Positions 28,395 through 36,343 of a stretch of 36,343 nt of DNA are shown one piece after another. The notes beneath the pieces were generated by a model. The model was not told the origin of the DNA. It saw only the letters and a list, made by a program, of their open reading frames with translations, and did no database searches. Numbering within the stretch: the first letter of the stretch is position 1; every line of letters begins with the position of its first letter. The stretch comes from Gammaproteobacteria bacterium. GTDB taxonomy: Bacteria; Pseudomonadota; Gammaproteobacteria; GCA-001735895. The stretch covers positions 1 through 36,343 of the forward strand of contig JBNKUM010000082.1 in the NCBI GenBank assembly GCA_050298595.1, given 5' to 3'. Position numbers and translations under genes: made by a program.

Positions 28395-30569
28395 TTAGAT
28401 TGCCTGTAGATTTGCGTACTCGAGCATCAGCCATTTACTTCCATTATTTTCGAAATTAACCTGCACTCTTGCCTGGGAGGACTGACCTTCTATGTTAAGA
28501 ATAATCCCGCTACCAAACTTGGCATGACTGACACGTTGACCCACCGATAAACCGGCTTCCTGTTCCATTTGTTTCTGACTAAACGATTGCTGTGGCTGGT
28601 AAACAGGGCGACTGAACTGTGCCTTGGGGCGGATTTCCTGCATAAGCTCTGCAGGAATTTCCTTAATAAAGCGCGAAACCATATTGTAGTTATCATTACC
28701 ATACAGGCGTCGAACTTCCGCACTGCTTACCACCAGTTTCTCGCGCGCCCTTGTAATGCCCACATAACAGAGTCTGCGCTCTTCTTCCATGCGGCCCGCC
28801 TCTTCTGATGAACGCTGATGTGGAAACAACCCTTCTTCCATACCCACCATAAAGACAAGCGGAAATTCCAGACCCTTGACCGAATGCAATGTCATGAGCT
28901 GAACGCAATCTTCCCACTCATCTGCCTGTCCTTCACCGGCTTCCAGGGCGGCATGAGTCAGAAACGCATCAAGTTCAGTCATATCTTCAATTTCTGAATT
29001 GTGTTCGAATTCGAAACTTTTACCGGCGCCAATCAATTCCTGCAGGTTTTCGCATTTGGCTTCGCCCTTTTCGCTTTTATCCTTTTCGAAATGGGCTTTT
29101 AAACCGGTCAATTCCTGACACAGACGAATCTGTTCGGATAATGAAAGTATTTTACTGTCATGCTGAAGACGCTGGATTAATTGCAGATAGGTCTCGACAC
29201 CGCTACGCGCACGAGGGCTCAATATGCCGTTAGTCACCAGCTGTTGACTCGCACTCCACAGGGATAATGAATGCTCTCTGGCATACTCACGAATCATATC
29301 AACCGACTTTTGTCCTAGCCCACGCGGCGGGTGATTAATGGTGCGATCAAACGATGTATCATCAGTGGGGTTGGAAATCATGCGCAGATAGGCCAGCGTA
29401 TCCTTGATTTCAGCGCGTTCAAAAAAGCGTAGACCACCATAAACCCGGTAGGGCACACCTCGTGCAACCAGATATTCTTCAAACTGACGCGATTGGGCGT
29501 TGGAACGGTATAATACGGCAACCTCTTTACGGCTACGGCCCTGTTCTACCCAGTCATCAATACGGTCAACCACAAATCGCGCTTCATCCTTTTCGTTGTA
29601 GGCGTTATAAAACATGATGGGTTCACCAGTCTCACCGTCAGTCCACAACTCCTTACCCAGTCGCCCCTGATTATTATCGATTAGCGCATTAGCCGCCTTA
29701 AGAATGGTCGAGGTTGAACGATAATTCTGCTCCAGACGAATGATCTGGGTTGCTTTAAAGTCCTGTTCAAAATGCTGGATGTTTTCAATACGTGCGCCGC
29801 GCCATCCATAGATGGACTGGTCATCGTCGCCTACTACAAATACATTGGTATGCGGTCCCGCCATTAATCTTATCCAGGCGTACTGGATAGCATTAGTATC
29901 CTGAAACTCATCCACCAGTATCTGTTTAAAGCGTTTCTGATAATGCTCGCGCAGGCCATCGTTTTCTCGGATCAACTCCAGAGAGCGTAATAACAGCTCA
30001 GCAAAATCGATCACCCCTGCGCGTTGACATAGCTCTTCGTAGGTTCTGTAGATCTGTAATAGTTGTCGCTGAACTGGGTCACTGCCTGCATCGATATGCG
30101 AGGGACGCTGACCTTCATCCTTACACTGGTTGATAAACCATTGCGCCTGACGCGGTGGCCAGCGGGCTTCGTCCAGCTCAAGCTGACGCACCACACGTTT
30201 CACCATTCTGAGTTGATCGTCACTATCCAGTATTTGAAATGACTGCGGCAATTTCGCCTCTTTCCAGTGAGCACGCAGCAAGCGATGTGCCAGCCCGTGA
30301 AAGGTGCCCACCCACATGGCACCGGAGGCAATTCCCAGTAATTTTTCTACCCGAGCACGCATTTCGTGAGCTGCCTTATTGGTAAAGGTTACCGCAAGCA
30401 CGCTGAATGGGGACAGGCCATTAACTTCACAGATCCAGGCTATACGATGGGTTAATACACGGGTTTTACCACTGCCTGCACCGGCCAGTACCAGAATATT
30501 TGAGGGTTCAGCAGTTACTGCCTGTCGCTGATGATCATTCAGCTCGTCAATGATATGGGATACATCCAT
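28395..30569 (-). CDS. uvrD: DNA helicase II
   Basis: LAGAGSGKTRVL, VDEFQDTN, VGDDDQSIYGWRGA, LEQNYRST, EERRLCYVGITRA and a C-terminal Tudor-like GQRVSHAKFG. Confidence 0.97.
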   Translation of the reverse strand: MDVSHIIDELNDHQRQAVTAEPSNILVLAGAGSGKTRVLTHRIAWICEVNGLSPFSVLAVTFTNKAAHEMRARVEKLLGIASGAMWVGTFHGLAHRLLRAHWKEAKLPQSFQILDSDDQLRMVKRVVRQLELDEARWPPRQAQWFINQCKDEGQRPSHIDAGSDPVQRQLLQIYRTYEELCQRAGVIDFAELLLRSLELIRENDGLREHYQKRFKQILVDEFQDTNAIQYAWIRLMAGPHTNVFVVGDDDQSIYGWRGARIENIQHFEQDFKATQIIRLEQNYRSTSTILKAANALIDNNQGRLGKELWTDGETGEPIMFYNAYNEKDEARFVVDRIDDWVEQGRSRKEVAVLYRSNAQSRQFEEYLVARGVPYRVYGGLRFFERAEIKDTLAYLRMISNPTDDTSFDRTINHPPRGLGQKSVDMIREYAREHSLSLWSASQQLVTNGILSPRARSGVETYLQLIQRLQHDSKILSLSEQIRLCQELTGLKAHFEKDKSEKGEAKCENLQELIGAGKSFEFEHNSEIEDMTELDAFLTHAALEAGEGQADEWEDCVQLMTLHSVKGLEFPLVFMVGMEEGLFPHQRSSEEAGRMEEERRLCYVGITRAREKLVVSSAEVRRLYGNDNYNMVSRFIKEIPAELMQEIRPKAQFSRPVYQPQQSFSQKQMEQEAGLSVGQRVSHAKFGSGIILNIEGQSSQARVQVNFENNGSKWLMLEYANLQAI

Positions 30570-30632
30570 TAGTCTTTTCGGGTCGCATTTTTGAGGCTGC
30601 TGATTGTATCAGTCAGGGCTCACAGATGCAGG

Positions 30633-30950
30633 TCAAATAAACATATCCAGCATTCTGCCCTGACGTTCGGGGCGCTGTAGCGAGGCGGTATTGATATCCG
30701 TATAGGTATTGATTGCATATTGATTGGCAGGATCTATCTGCTGGTATTGTTTTGCGCGATTCTGTTCATCAAAGGCAATCTCATCGACCAGTTCGCCTCG
30801 TAATACAAATTCTACGGTTTGTTGTCGAGATTGCTGTTCGGTGTCCTGATAACGCTCCAGCTGGGCACGGCTGCGAGCATTTAACTGCTGATCAGAGCGT
30901 TCACCGGCTGGTGTGGGTAGCGCAGGAAGGGTATTGCCCGAAATAAGCAT
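30633..30950 (-). CDS. Hypothetical protein
   Basis: 105-aa Gln-rich ORF ending AINTY...LDMFI; fills the gap between moaE and uvrD on the same strand. Confidence 0.6.
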   Translation of the reverse strand: MLISGNTLPALPTPAGERSDQQLNARSRAQLERYQDTEQQSRQQTVEFVLRGELVDEIAFDEQNRAKQYQQIDPANQYAINTYTDINTASLQRPERQGRMLDMFI

Positions 30951-31073
30951 ACTGGTCTCTTAAACAATAAACTGTTAATAGTTTTCGGGCGTAATTAGAT
31001 TCTATGTAATTATCAGCATATTTCCACAAGATTCTATAAAAAAGCGCTAAAAGGCTGGTTTTTCACTCAATTT

Positions 31074-31529
31074 TTATGTTTTTGACCAGCGCTGTGCATC
31101 TTCCATATCGCTTTGTCTGGATGCCACCCAGCTTTCGCCGTCGTGTGTGATTTCCTTTTTCCAGAATGGCGCGCGTGTTTTCAGGTAATCCATCAGAAAA
31201 TCACAGGCTTCAAATGCCTCACGCCGGTGCTCAGAAATTACCACCACCAGCACGATATTCTCACCTGGCTTGAGCTGACCTACGCGATGAATAATCACCA
31301 GATCCTGAATATCCCAGCGTTTATGAGCCTCTTCGGCAATCTCCTTTAATGAGTTTTCTGTCATGCCGGGATAATGTTCCAGCTCCAGCGCCAGCAGATT
31401 TTGTTGCTCGGATATATCTCTCACCAGACCAGTGAAGCTTACAATAGCGCCTATATCCTTGCGCTCGGAACATAACTGGCTAGCTACCTGTGAGGCATCA
31501 AAATCCTCCTGCTGTACCGAGATCAGCAT
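31074..31529 (-). CDS. moaE: Molybdopterin synthase catalytic subunit
   Basis: GAIVSFTGLVRD, LEHYPGMT, IHRVGQL, MDYLKTRAPFWKKE. Confidence 0.96.
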   Translation of the reverse strand: MLISVQQEDFDASQVASQLCSERKDIGAIVSFTGLVRDISEQQNLLALELEHYPGMTENSLKEIAEEAHKRWDIQDLVIIHRVGQLKPGENIVLVVVISEHRREAFEACDFLMDYLKTRAPFWKKEITHDGESWVASRQSDMEDAQRWSKT

Positions 31530-31784
31530 TTATCCTCCTGTAACCGGGGGAAAGAAGGCGATTTCATCCTGATCACTGATAGCGGTATCGTCATTAGCCA
31601 TCTGTTGATTGACAGAAACCAGTAGACTTTGCTGTTGAGTAAACGCCTGCTGCCATTGTCCGCCGCGCTCGATGAGCAACTTTTTTAAATCCGCGACAGA
31701 TTGAATCTGGTCATTAAGCTCAAGTCTTTCCTGAGTCGTATCCAGTGCTTCTCTTAAACTGGCAAAATATAGAATATCTACCAT
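31530..31784 (-). CDS. moaD: Molybdopterin synthase sulfur carrier subunit
   Basis: ILYFASLRE...DEIAFFPPVTGG with C-terminal Gly-Gly. Confidence 0.96.
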   Translation of the reverse strand: MVDILYFASLREALDTTQERLELNDQIQSVADLKKLLIERGGQWQQAFTQQQSLLVSVNQQMANDDTAISDQDEIAFFPPVTGG

Positions 31785-31787
31785 GCT

Positions 31788-33032
31788 TTACTCCAGAACT
31801 TCACTAAAAGAAATATAGTCGACCTTATCACCATGATGAATCTGGGTGTTACCGGGAATCACCACAAAGCCATCCGCCCAGGTGGTCGACATAAGCACCC
31901 CGGAGCTCTGGTTGTTATATATTTCCGCGCTATATTGGCCGTCATCACCCTGCAATAGGCGCCCTCTTGCAAACTCTCGACGACCATCCGTTTTGAGTCG
32001 TTCAAATGACGCCTTAACCGAGACTATTTTTGGTAGTAGTTTACTACGCCCCTGCATTTTTTTGATAAACGGTGCGCCAAGCTGACTAAAACCGGCAAAT
32101 ACAGATACAGGGTTACCCGGCAATCCAATAAAAGCGGCATTCTGGACCATTCCGAAAATGACCGGCTTACCCGGCTTTATATCCAGCTTCCACATATACA
32201 GCTGGCCCAGGTTTTCCAGCGCAGTACAGACATGATCTTCTTCTCCAACCGATGCGCCACCGCTGGTAATCACTATATCTGCATACTCTGCAGCCTTGAT
32301 TATTGCCTGTTCGGTTTGTTGCAGACTATCACCAACGATACCAAGATCGATTATTTCGCAGCCTAATGTGCGTAACAGGCCGCCCAGCGTATAGCGGTTC
32401 GAATTATAAATCTGGCCCTGGGCCAACGCCTTACCCGGTTCCACCAGTTCATCACCGGTAAAAAAGATACCCACCTTAACTTTTCGATAAACAGGCAATA
32501 GTGCAACACCAATTGAGGCGGCAAGTCCTAATTCCTGTGCACGTAGACGCGTGCCTTTGCTGAGTATGGTTTCCCCGGCACGGATGTCCTCTCCTATTTC
32601 GCGGATATGTTGCCCGCTTTTTACGCTTGCCTCAAAGCTTATGCTGTCACCATCGACTGCCACCTGCTCCTGAATAATCACTGCATCGCAATTTGGCGGG
32701 ATTGGTGCACCGGTAAATATTCGCGCGGCGGTTCCTGCTTGAATTGAATTCCCATAGCTTCCCGCTGGAATACGCTGGGTCACTTTTAAGGTCGTTTTAC
32801 CGCCAGGATTCACATCCTGCATACGGATAGCATAGCCATCCATTGCACTATTGGATGCCGGCGGCACGTTAACCGGTGAAACCAGATCCTGCGCCAGTAT
32901 GCGGTGCAAGCCATCGGGCAAGGCGACCTGATCAATCTCTGCTACCGGTAGCGCATGCTCCAGCATGGTGTTAAGTGCTTTCTCGAAGGAAATAAGCTCG
33001 ACCTGCGCGCTATCACAACCCATATCTGACAT
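31788..33032 (-). CDS. moeA: Molybdopterin molybdenumtransferase
   Basis: SAMDGYA, RIFTGAPIP, TGDELV, TSGGASVGEEDH, KPGKP, LPGNPVS; start taken at ATG 33032 just after the moaB stop. Confidence 0.95.
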   Translation of the reverse strand: MSDMGCDSAQVELISFEKALNTMLEHALPVAEIDQVALPDGLHRILAQDLVSPVNVPPASNSAMDGYAIRMQDVNPGGKTTLKVTQRIPAGSYGNSIQAGTAARIFTGAPIPPNCDAVIIQEQVAVDGDSISFEASVKSGQHIREIGEDIRAGETILSKGTRLRAQELGLAASIGVALLPVYRKVKVGIFFTGDELVEPGKALAQGQIYNSNRYTLGGLLRTLGCEIIDLGIVGDSLQQTEQAIIKAAEYADIVITSGGASVGEEDHVCTALENLGQLYMWKLDIKPGKPVIFGMVQNAAFIGLPGNPVSVFAGFSQLGAPFIKKMQGRSKLLPKIVSVKASFERLKTDGRREFARGRLLQGDDGQYSAEIYNNQSSGVLMSTTWADGFVVIPGNTQIHHGDKVDYISFSEVLE

Positions 33033-33033
33033 C

Positions 33034-33564
33034 TCAGGTCTCCATAAAACGCGGCATGAGTTCAACCAGATTACAGGGCCGGTGACGTGCATCGAGCTGC
33101 GGCTGGATAATGCCATCCCAGCCATCTTTGCAGGCTCCCGGTGATCCGGGGAGACAGAAAATGGGTGTACCATTGGCCAGACCACCGATTGCTCGAGATT
33201 GTATAGTTGAGGTTTTAATCAAGTCATAAGACAGGCTACGAAACAGTTCTCCAAAGCCTTGTATGGTTTTGTCGAACAAAGGGGATACCGCTTCAGGGGT
33301 ACTATCTCGACCTGTCAGGCCCGTACCACCCGTAGTGACTACAGCATTGATATTGCTATCAGCAATCCAGCGCGACATGACTTCGCGTATCTTGTACACG
33401 TTATCAATCACTATGATTTTTTCAGCCAGTTGATGCCCGGCATTGATGACACGATCGGCTAGTAGCTTACCCGCAGTATCATTTTCTTCGGTTCGACTAT
33501 CCGAGATGGTCATAACAGCGATATTAAGAGGTAGAAACTCTCGATCACCGGTGATTTTACTCAT
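33034..33564 (-). CDS. moaB: Molybdenum cofactor biosynthesis protein B
   Basis: IAVMTISDSR, TTGGTGLTGRDSTPEA, STIQSRA, CLPGSPGAC, RPCNLVEL; SD AGGAG. Confidence 0.95.
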   Translation of the reverse strand: MSKITGDREFLPLNIAVMTISDSRTEENDTAGKLLADRVINAGHQLAEKIIVIDNVYKIREVMSRWIADSNINAVVTTGGTGLTGRDSTPEAVSPLFDKTIQGFGELFRSLSYDLIKTSTIQSRAIGGLANGTPIFCLPGSPGACKDGWDGIIQPQLDARHRPCNLVELMPRFMET

Positions 33565-33945
33565 AATATAACTCCTGGCCTGGTTAACAGATGATTCAGT
33601 ACGCTCGTACTACCTGTAAATCATGCTTTTTATCGTGAAACAACAACTCTGGCAACCGATAATCATTTTGTGACTGAAGTTATTAAACCAGCAGTTGCAT
33701 AGACGATATGGCTCAAGGATATGTCGTATACAACGACAGTGATGGATTTCTCATCCCAATGAACAAGAAAGGAACGCATTGAATGGTGAATAGCTACGGA
33801 ATACCTGAAATCTGGGGGGGGGTAAGCAGGCATCTTATTGACGCAGATAGGTTAGTATCTTTAAACCTAGACTCTGCAGTTGACCGCTCGCGTTAGAAGG
33901 TAACCCACCGCTAACTTGATCAATTACCTCCCAGTTTGTGATGAA

Positions 33946-34455
33946 TCATTTCCTGGCTGATCTTTTATCTGCCTGCAAAAACTCGGTGACCCATCGGGTC
34001 ACCTGTCCGGTGGCATGAGCACATTTATCACCGCGTTTATCGCTAAAGCCCTTGTACTCTTCAGGTTTCCACATGTCCCAGGTACGTCCCGAAAACTCCT
34101 TTTGCAGGTGTTCGCAGGTGATCCCCCCATATTCCTGCTTAAACTTTTCTACCAGCTGTTTTGTGGCATTAAAGTTGGTAATGCCACGGCCTCTATGGAG
34201 TTTATCGGCATCACGACCATGCAGGGCTCCCAGCGCTAGTAATCCACCAGTGAGTGCGCCACAGGCTCCTTCACCCATTAGTCCTCCCCCGCCGGATAAT
34301 CCATGACTGGCCTTGATAGTTTCATCAGTGACATGACCGGTAGTCTGTTTTATCGCGGTTAACACGCACTGTGGACAGCAGCCATATTTCACATCCAGTT
34401 CATAAGCTATGTCGTATGCTTTTTGTGGCAGGTCGGGTGAATTATCCAGGCTCAT
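33946..34455 (-). CDS. C-GCAxxG-C-C family putative redox-active protein
   Basis: YGCCPQCVL, GACGALTGG, ITCEHL, KCAH. Confidence 0.85.
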   Translation of the reverse strand: MSLDNSPDLPQKAYDIAYELDVKYGCCPQCVLTAIKQTTGHVTDETIKASHGLSGGGGLMGEGACGALTGGLLALGALHGRDADKLHRGRGITNFNATKQLVEKFKQEYGGITCEHLQKEFSGRTWDMWKPEEYKGFSDKRGDKCAHATGQVTRWVTEFLQADKRSARK

Positions 34456-34510
34456 AGTTTTTTCCAGGCTTCAAATTGGTTTATTATTACTTACTAATTT
34501 AGCGGTTGAA

Positions 34511-34524
34511 TTGATATGCATCAG
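34511..34524 (-). promoter_or_regulatory. FNR-like box upstream of the C-GCAxxG-C-C gene
   Basis: TTGAT-atgc-ATCAG, one mismatch to consensus; AT-rich -10-like TAATAA about 30 bp downstream on the minus strand. Confidence 0.6.
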
Positions 34525-34771
34525 GCAAAGCTAAAGCTACGAATATAGAGCCATTTGCAAAACTATTCAAAAATAAGCTGATATCAGTAAATCGCAATCC
34601 CTGGATGCGAATAGTTATTAATGAATCGGCTAGAACTGCTATGGCTCCATTAATTTAGCCTTCTTTTGTTATTTTTACCAATTTTCTTTCATACCTGCCC
34701 GTTAAGAACAGGTTCTCTCGTATAAATTTTTGAGTAACTGTCAAATTAGCGGTTTCATTCTAAAAATTTCA

Positions 34772-35385
34772 TCAGATGATCAACCTTAGGACGATAACAC
34801 CAAACATCAGGTGGGTCATGACTTTTGCATGACCTCTGACTCGCACCATTCGTGCGCCAAACTCATCTTTGAGCCGACCATTCACCGGCTCAACAGTGCT
34901 GCGCTCATTATAACGAATGTCTTGCGCTGTTTTATAACCAGCATATCGCTTGCTTTTTAGCTCATCTTTTATTTCTGCTTTGCGATCTGTTGTTAGAGGG
35001 TTTTCATCTATCAATGGAACATATCCTAATACTTCACTGTGCTTTTTGATCAAGGGTGAATCATAGGCTGCATCCATTAAATCATAACAACTGGTAACTC
35101 GCTGATGGGTTTTTATTGCTAGCGGGATCTCGGCCTGACTATCATGCAGCGAGGTAGAGCTAAGTAGACAGCTGACAGGAATACCTCCATCAGATGCATC
35201 GATATAGAGCTTATAACCGATCCAGCTGATTTTATACCCTTTTCTGTTGCATTTGGTTCCCACGCTACAAGCCTTAGGTAAGTCCGCTTTCATTTCAGAT
35301 AAAGTCATTCCTGCGCTTTGTCTTTGTATGCGTGTTTGTGGTTTAACCCTGTTTTCTCCTTATTTTAGGGCAGCCTCTTTTTATC
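34772..35385 (-). pseudogene. C-terminal fragment of a DDE transposase (IS5/IS1182-like)
   Basis: WIGYKLYID, SLHDSQ, DLMDAAYD and RYNERSTVEPVNGRLKDEFG..VRGHAKV. Upstream KRGCPK/GENR is broken by a frameshift and stop; the N-terminus is absent. Confidence 0.8.
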
Positions 35386-35394
35386 GGTTGAAAG

Positions 35395-36000
35395 GGGCCT
35401 ACAATTTTATTTTGTGGAGTATCTCGGGCGACTTGCAGGTAAGTATGTTCATATTCCATCGCTTCCTTGATGTTACGGATGTCCAGCTTCACATTCCAGC
35501 ATTGCTTATAGAGTAATTTAAAGGATTTTTTGCTGTTGGTTTTGGGGCAGATCCGCGAGGTTACAATGATTTTTCCACCGGCTTTGAATTCGCGTACCTT
35601 GATACTTCAGGAGCTTCTTGCCAGGTTGTATCATCTAGCCAGTCGGGCTTGATTTTGGGCTTACTCAGACAAACAGGATGATCCTTTGATCCCAGACGTT
35701 TTCCTTGTCGAAAATCGGTCGCCCGCTTTCTTGATCCTTTCTGTTCCATCAGAATATCTACTCCTTGCTTCAACATCCGGTCAATGAAGAAGTAAGTTGG
35801 AAAGAAGGCGTCATACAGCAGGATATCATCGCCTGGGCCAGGAACATAGCCAGGGTTTCGGTCGCAGGGTAAAGGCGCTCACGATGTTCTGGAAAAGCTT
35901 TTCAAGCTCATCGAATAGTACGTCACTAGTGAGCAGGTTAAAAGCGGTCAAGCAGTCAGTTTCACTTCGCTGTGACCGGATAAAACAATGTAATTTCCTT
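35395..36000 (-). pseudogene. IS4-family transposase remnant with frameshifts and a large internal deletion
   Basis: Successive frames give FNLLTSDVLFDELE / PEHRERLYPATETLAMFLAQ / DILLYDAFFPTYF..TDFRQGKRLG..KPDW / VREFKAGGKIIVT..YKQCWNVKLDIRNIK (decayed Y-2-R-3-E-6-K signature) / LTCKSPE. Confidence 0.8.
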
Positions 36001-36150
36001 TTTGTCACTCACCGGAATCCCACCAACAAACCACTGTCTTGGTCGAGTATATTCGATATCGATTGCTGTGACTTCGGGATTTTTACCGAGAATATCTCGG
36101 GTATGGGCTGATGATTCGGCTGCTGCGATGCGTAGGTATAGATAAGGCAT
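35962..36150 (-). pseudogene. 4-oxalocrotonate tautomerase-family protein, internally deleted and truncated by IS4
   Basis: Pro-1 start MPYLYLRIA and ILGKNPEVTAIDIEY..QWFVGG; SD GGAG; divergent from LysR. The helix between the first strand and ILGK is short, and the C-terminal half is replaced by IS sequence. Confidence 0.65.
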
Positions 36151-36202
36151 ACGGGGTTCTCCAGTGATTGACTCAATAGATAAACAGCGTAGTCTTACAT
36201 AA

Positions 36203-36343
36203 GCTATTAGAGAAACGATTTAATTGAATAACACCTATTCGAATCATGAATACTAGAGACCTGAGTCCTGAATTATTACGTGCCTTTGTTGCGGTAGTTG
36301 ATGGGGGCGGTTTTACCCGAGCCGCTTACCGTTTGAATAGTAC
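36203..36343. repeat. Terminal direct repeat, right copy (contains the start of the LysR gene at 36246)
   Basis: Identical to 1-141. Confidence 0.97.

Noticed and set aside
31788-33185. Extended 465-aa MoeA (likewise the extended starts given for rnd, gatC, hslO and deaD)
   Set aside because: The extensions overlap neighbouring genes or promoters and use non-ATG starts; downstream ATGs match family N-termini.
33814-33822. G9 homopolymer as a phase-variation switch
   Set aside because: About 250 bp from the moaB start and not between recognisable promoter elements; no evidence of length variation from a single sequence.
33870-33915. attC-like CTAAC/GTTAG ends
   Set aside because: Only half-site resemblance; no complete complementary attC and no cassette array or integrase.
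33565-33945. Moco riboswitch or ModE box upstream of moaB
   Set aside because: The Moco motif hallmarks are not visible; the imperfect inverted repeat near 33694-33734 does not fit the ModE consensus well.

Overview
The window looks like chromosomal DNA from a Gammaproteobacterium. It is probably a sulfur oxidiser, since it encodes a sulfur-globule-like protein. Its first 141 bp (1-141) are repeated exactly at the end (36203-36343), the usual signature of a contig assembled as a circle of 36,202 bp. The circle carries core housekeeping genes: mreBCD-rnd divergent from gatCAB, hslO, deaD, an slyD-like PPIase, uvrD and moaB-moeA-moaD-moaE. Accessory genes include bacteriohemerythrin, an MCP-cheR-cheB trio whose CheB has no receiver domain, an orphan MshQ-like adhesin, two GNATs, an AEC transporter, GFA, an FlK-type thioesterase and a C-GCAxxG-C-C protein. 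I recognised no rep, par, integrase or phage gene. The junction falls in a ~3 kb stretch of decayed sequence: two IS remnants, a tautomerase/LysR divergent pair that continues across the junction, and an adhesin remnant. Non-coding signals include three FNR-like boxes at class II promoter spacing and collapsed MITE-like palindromes, one of which supplies the cheB stop codon. There is also a tandem ArsR/SqrR-like operator and a structured 3' region around the sulfur-globule gene, and a candidate sRNA/sORF locus upstream of deaD. All family calls come from motif recognition by eye; no database searches were run.
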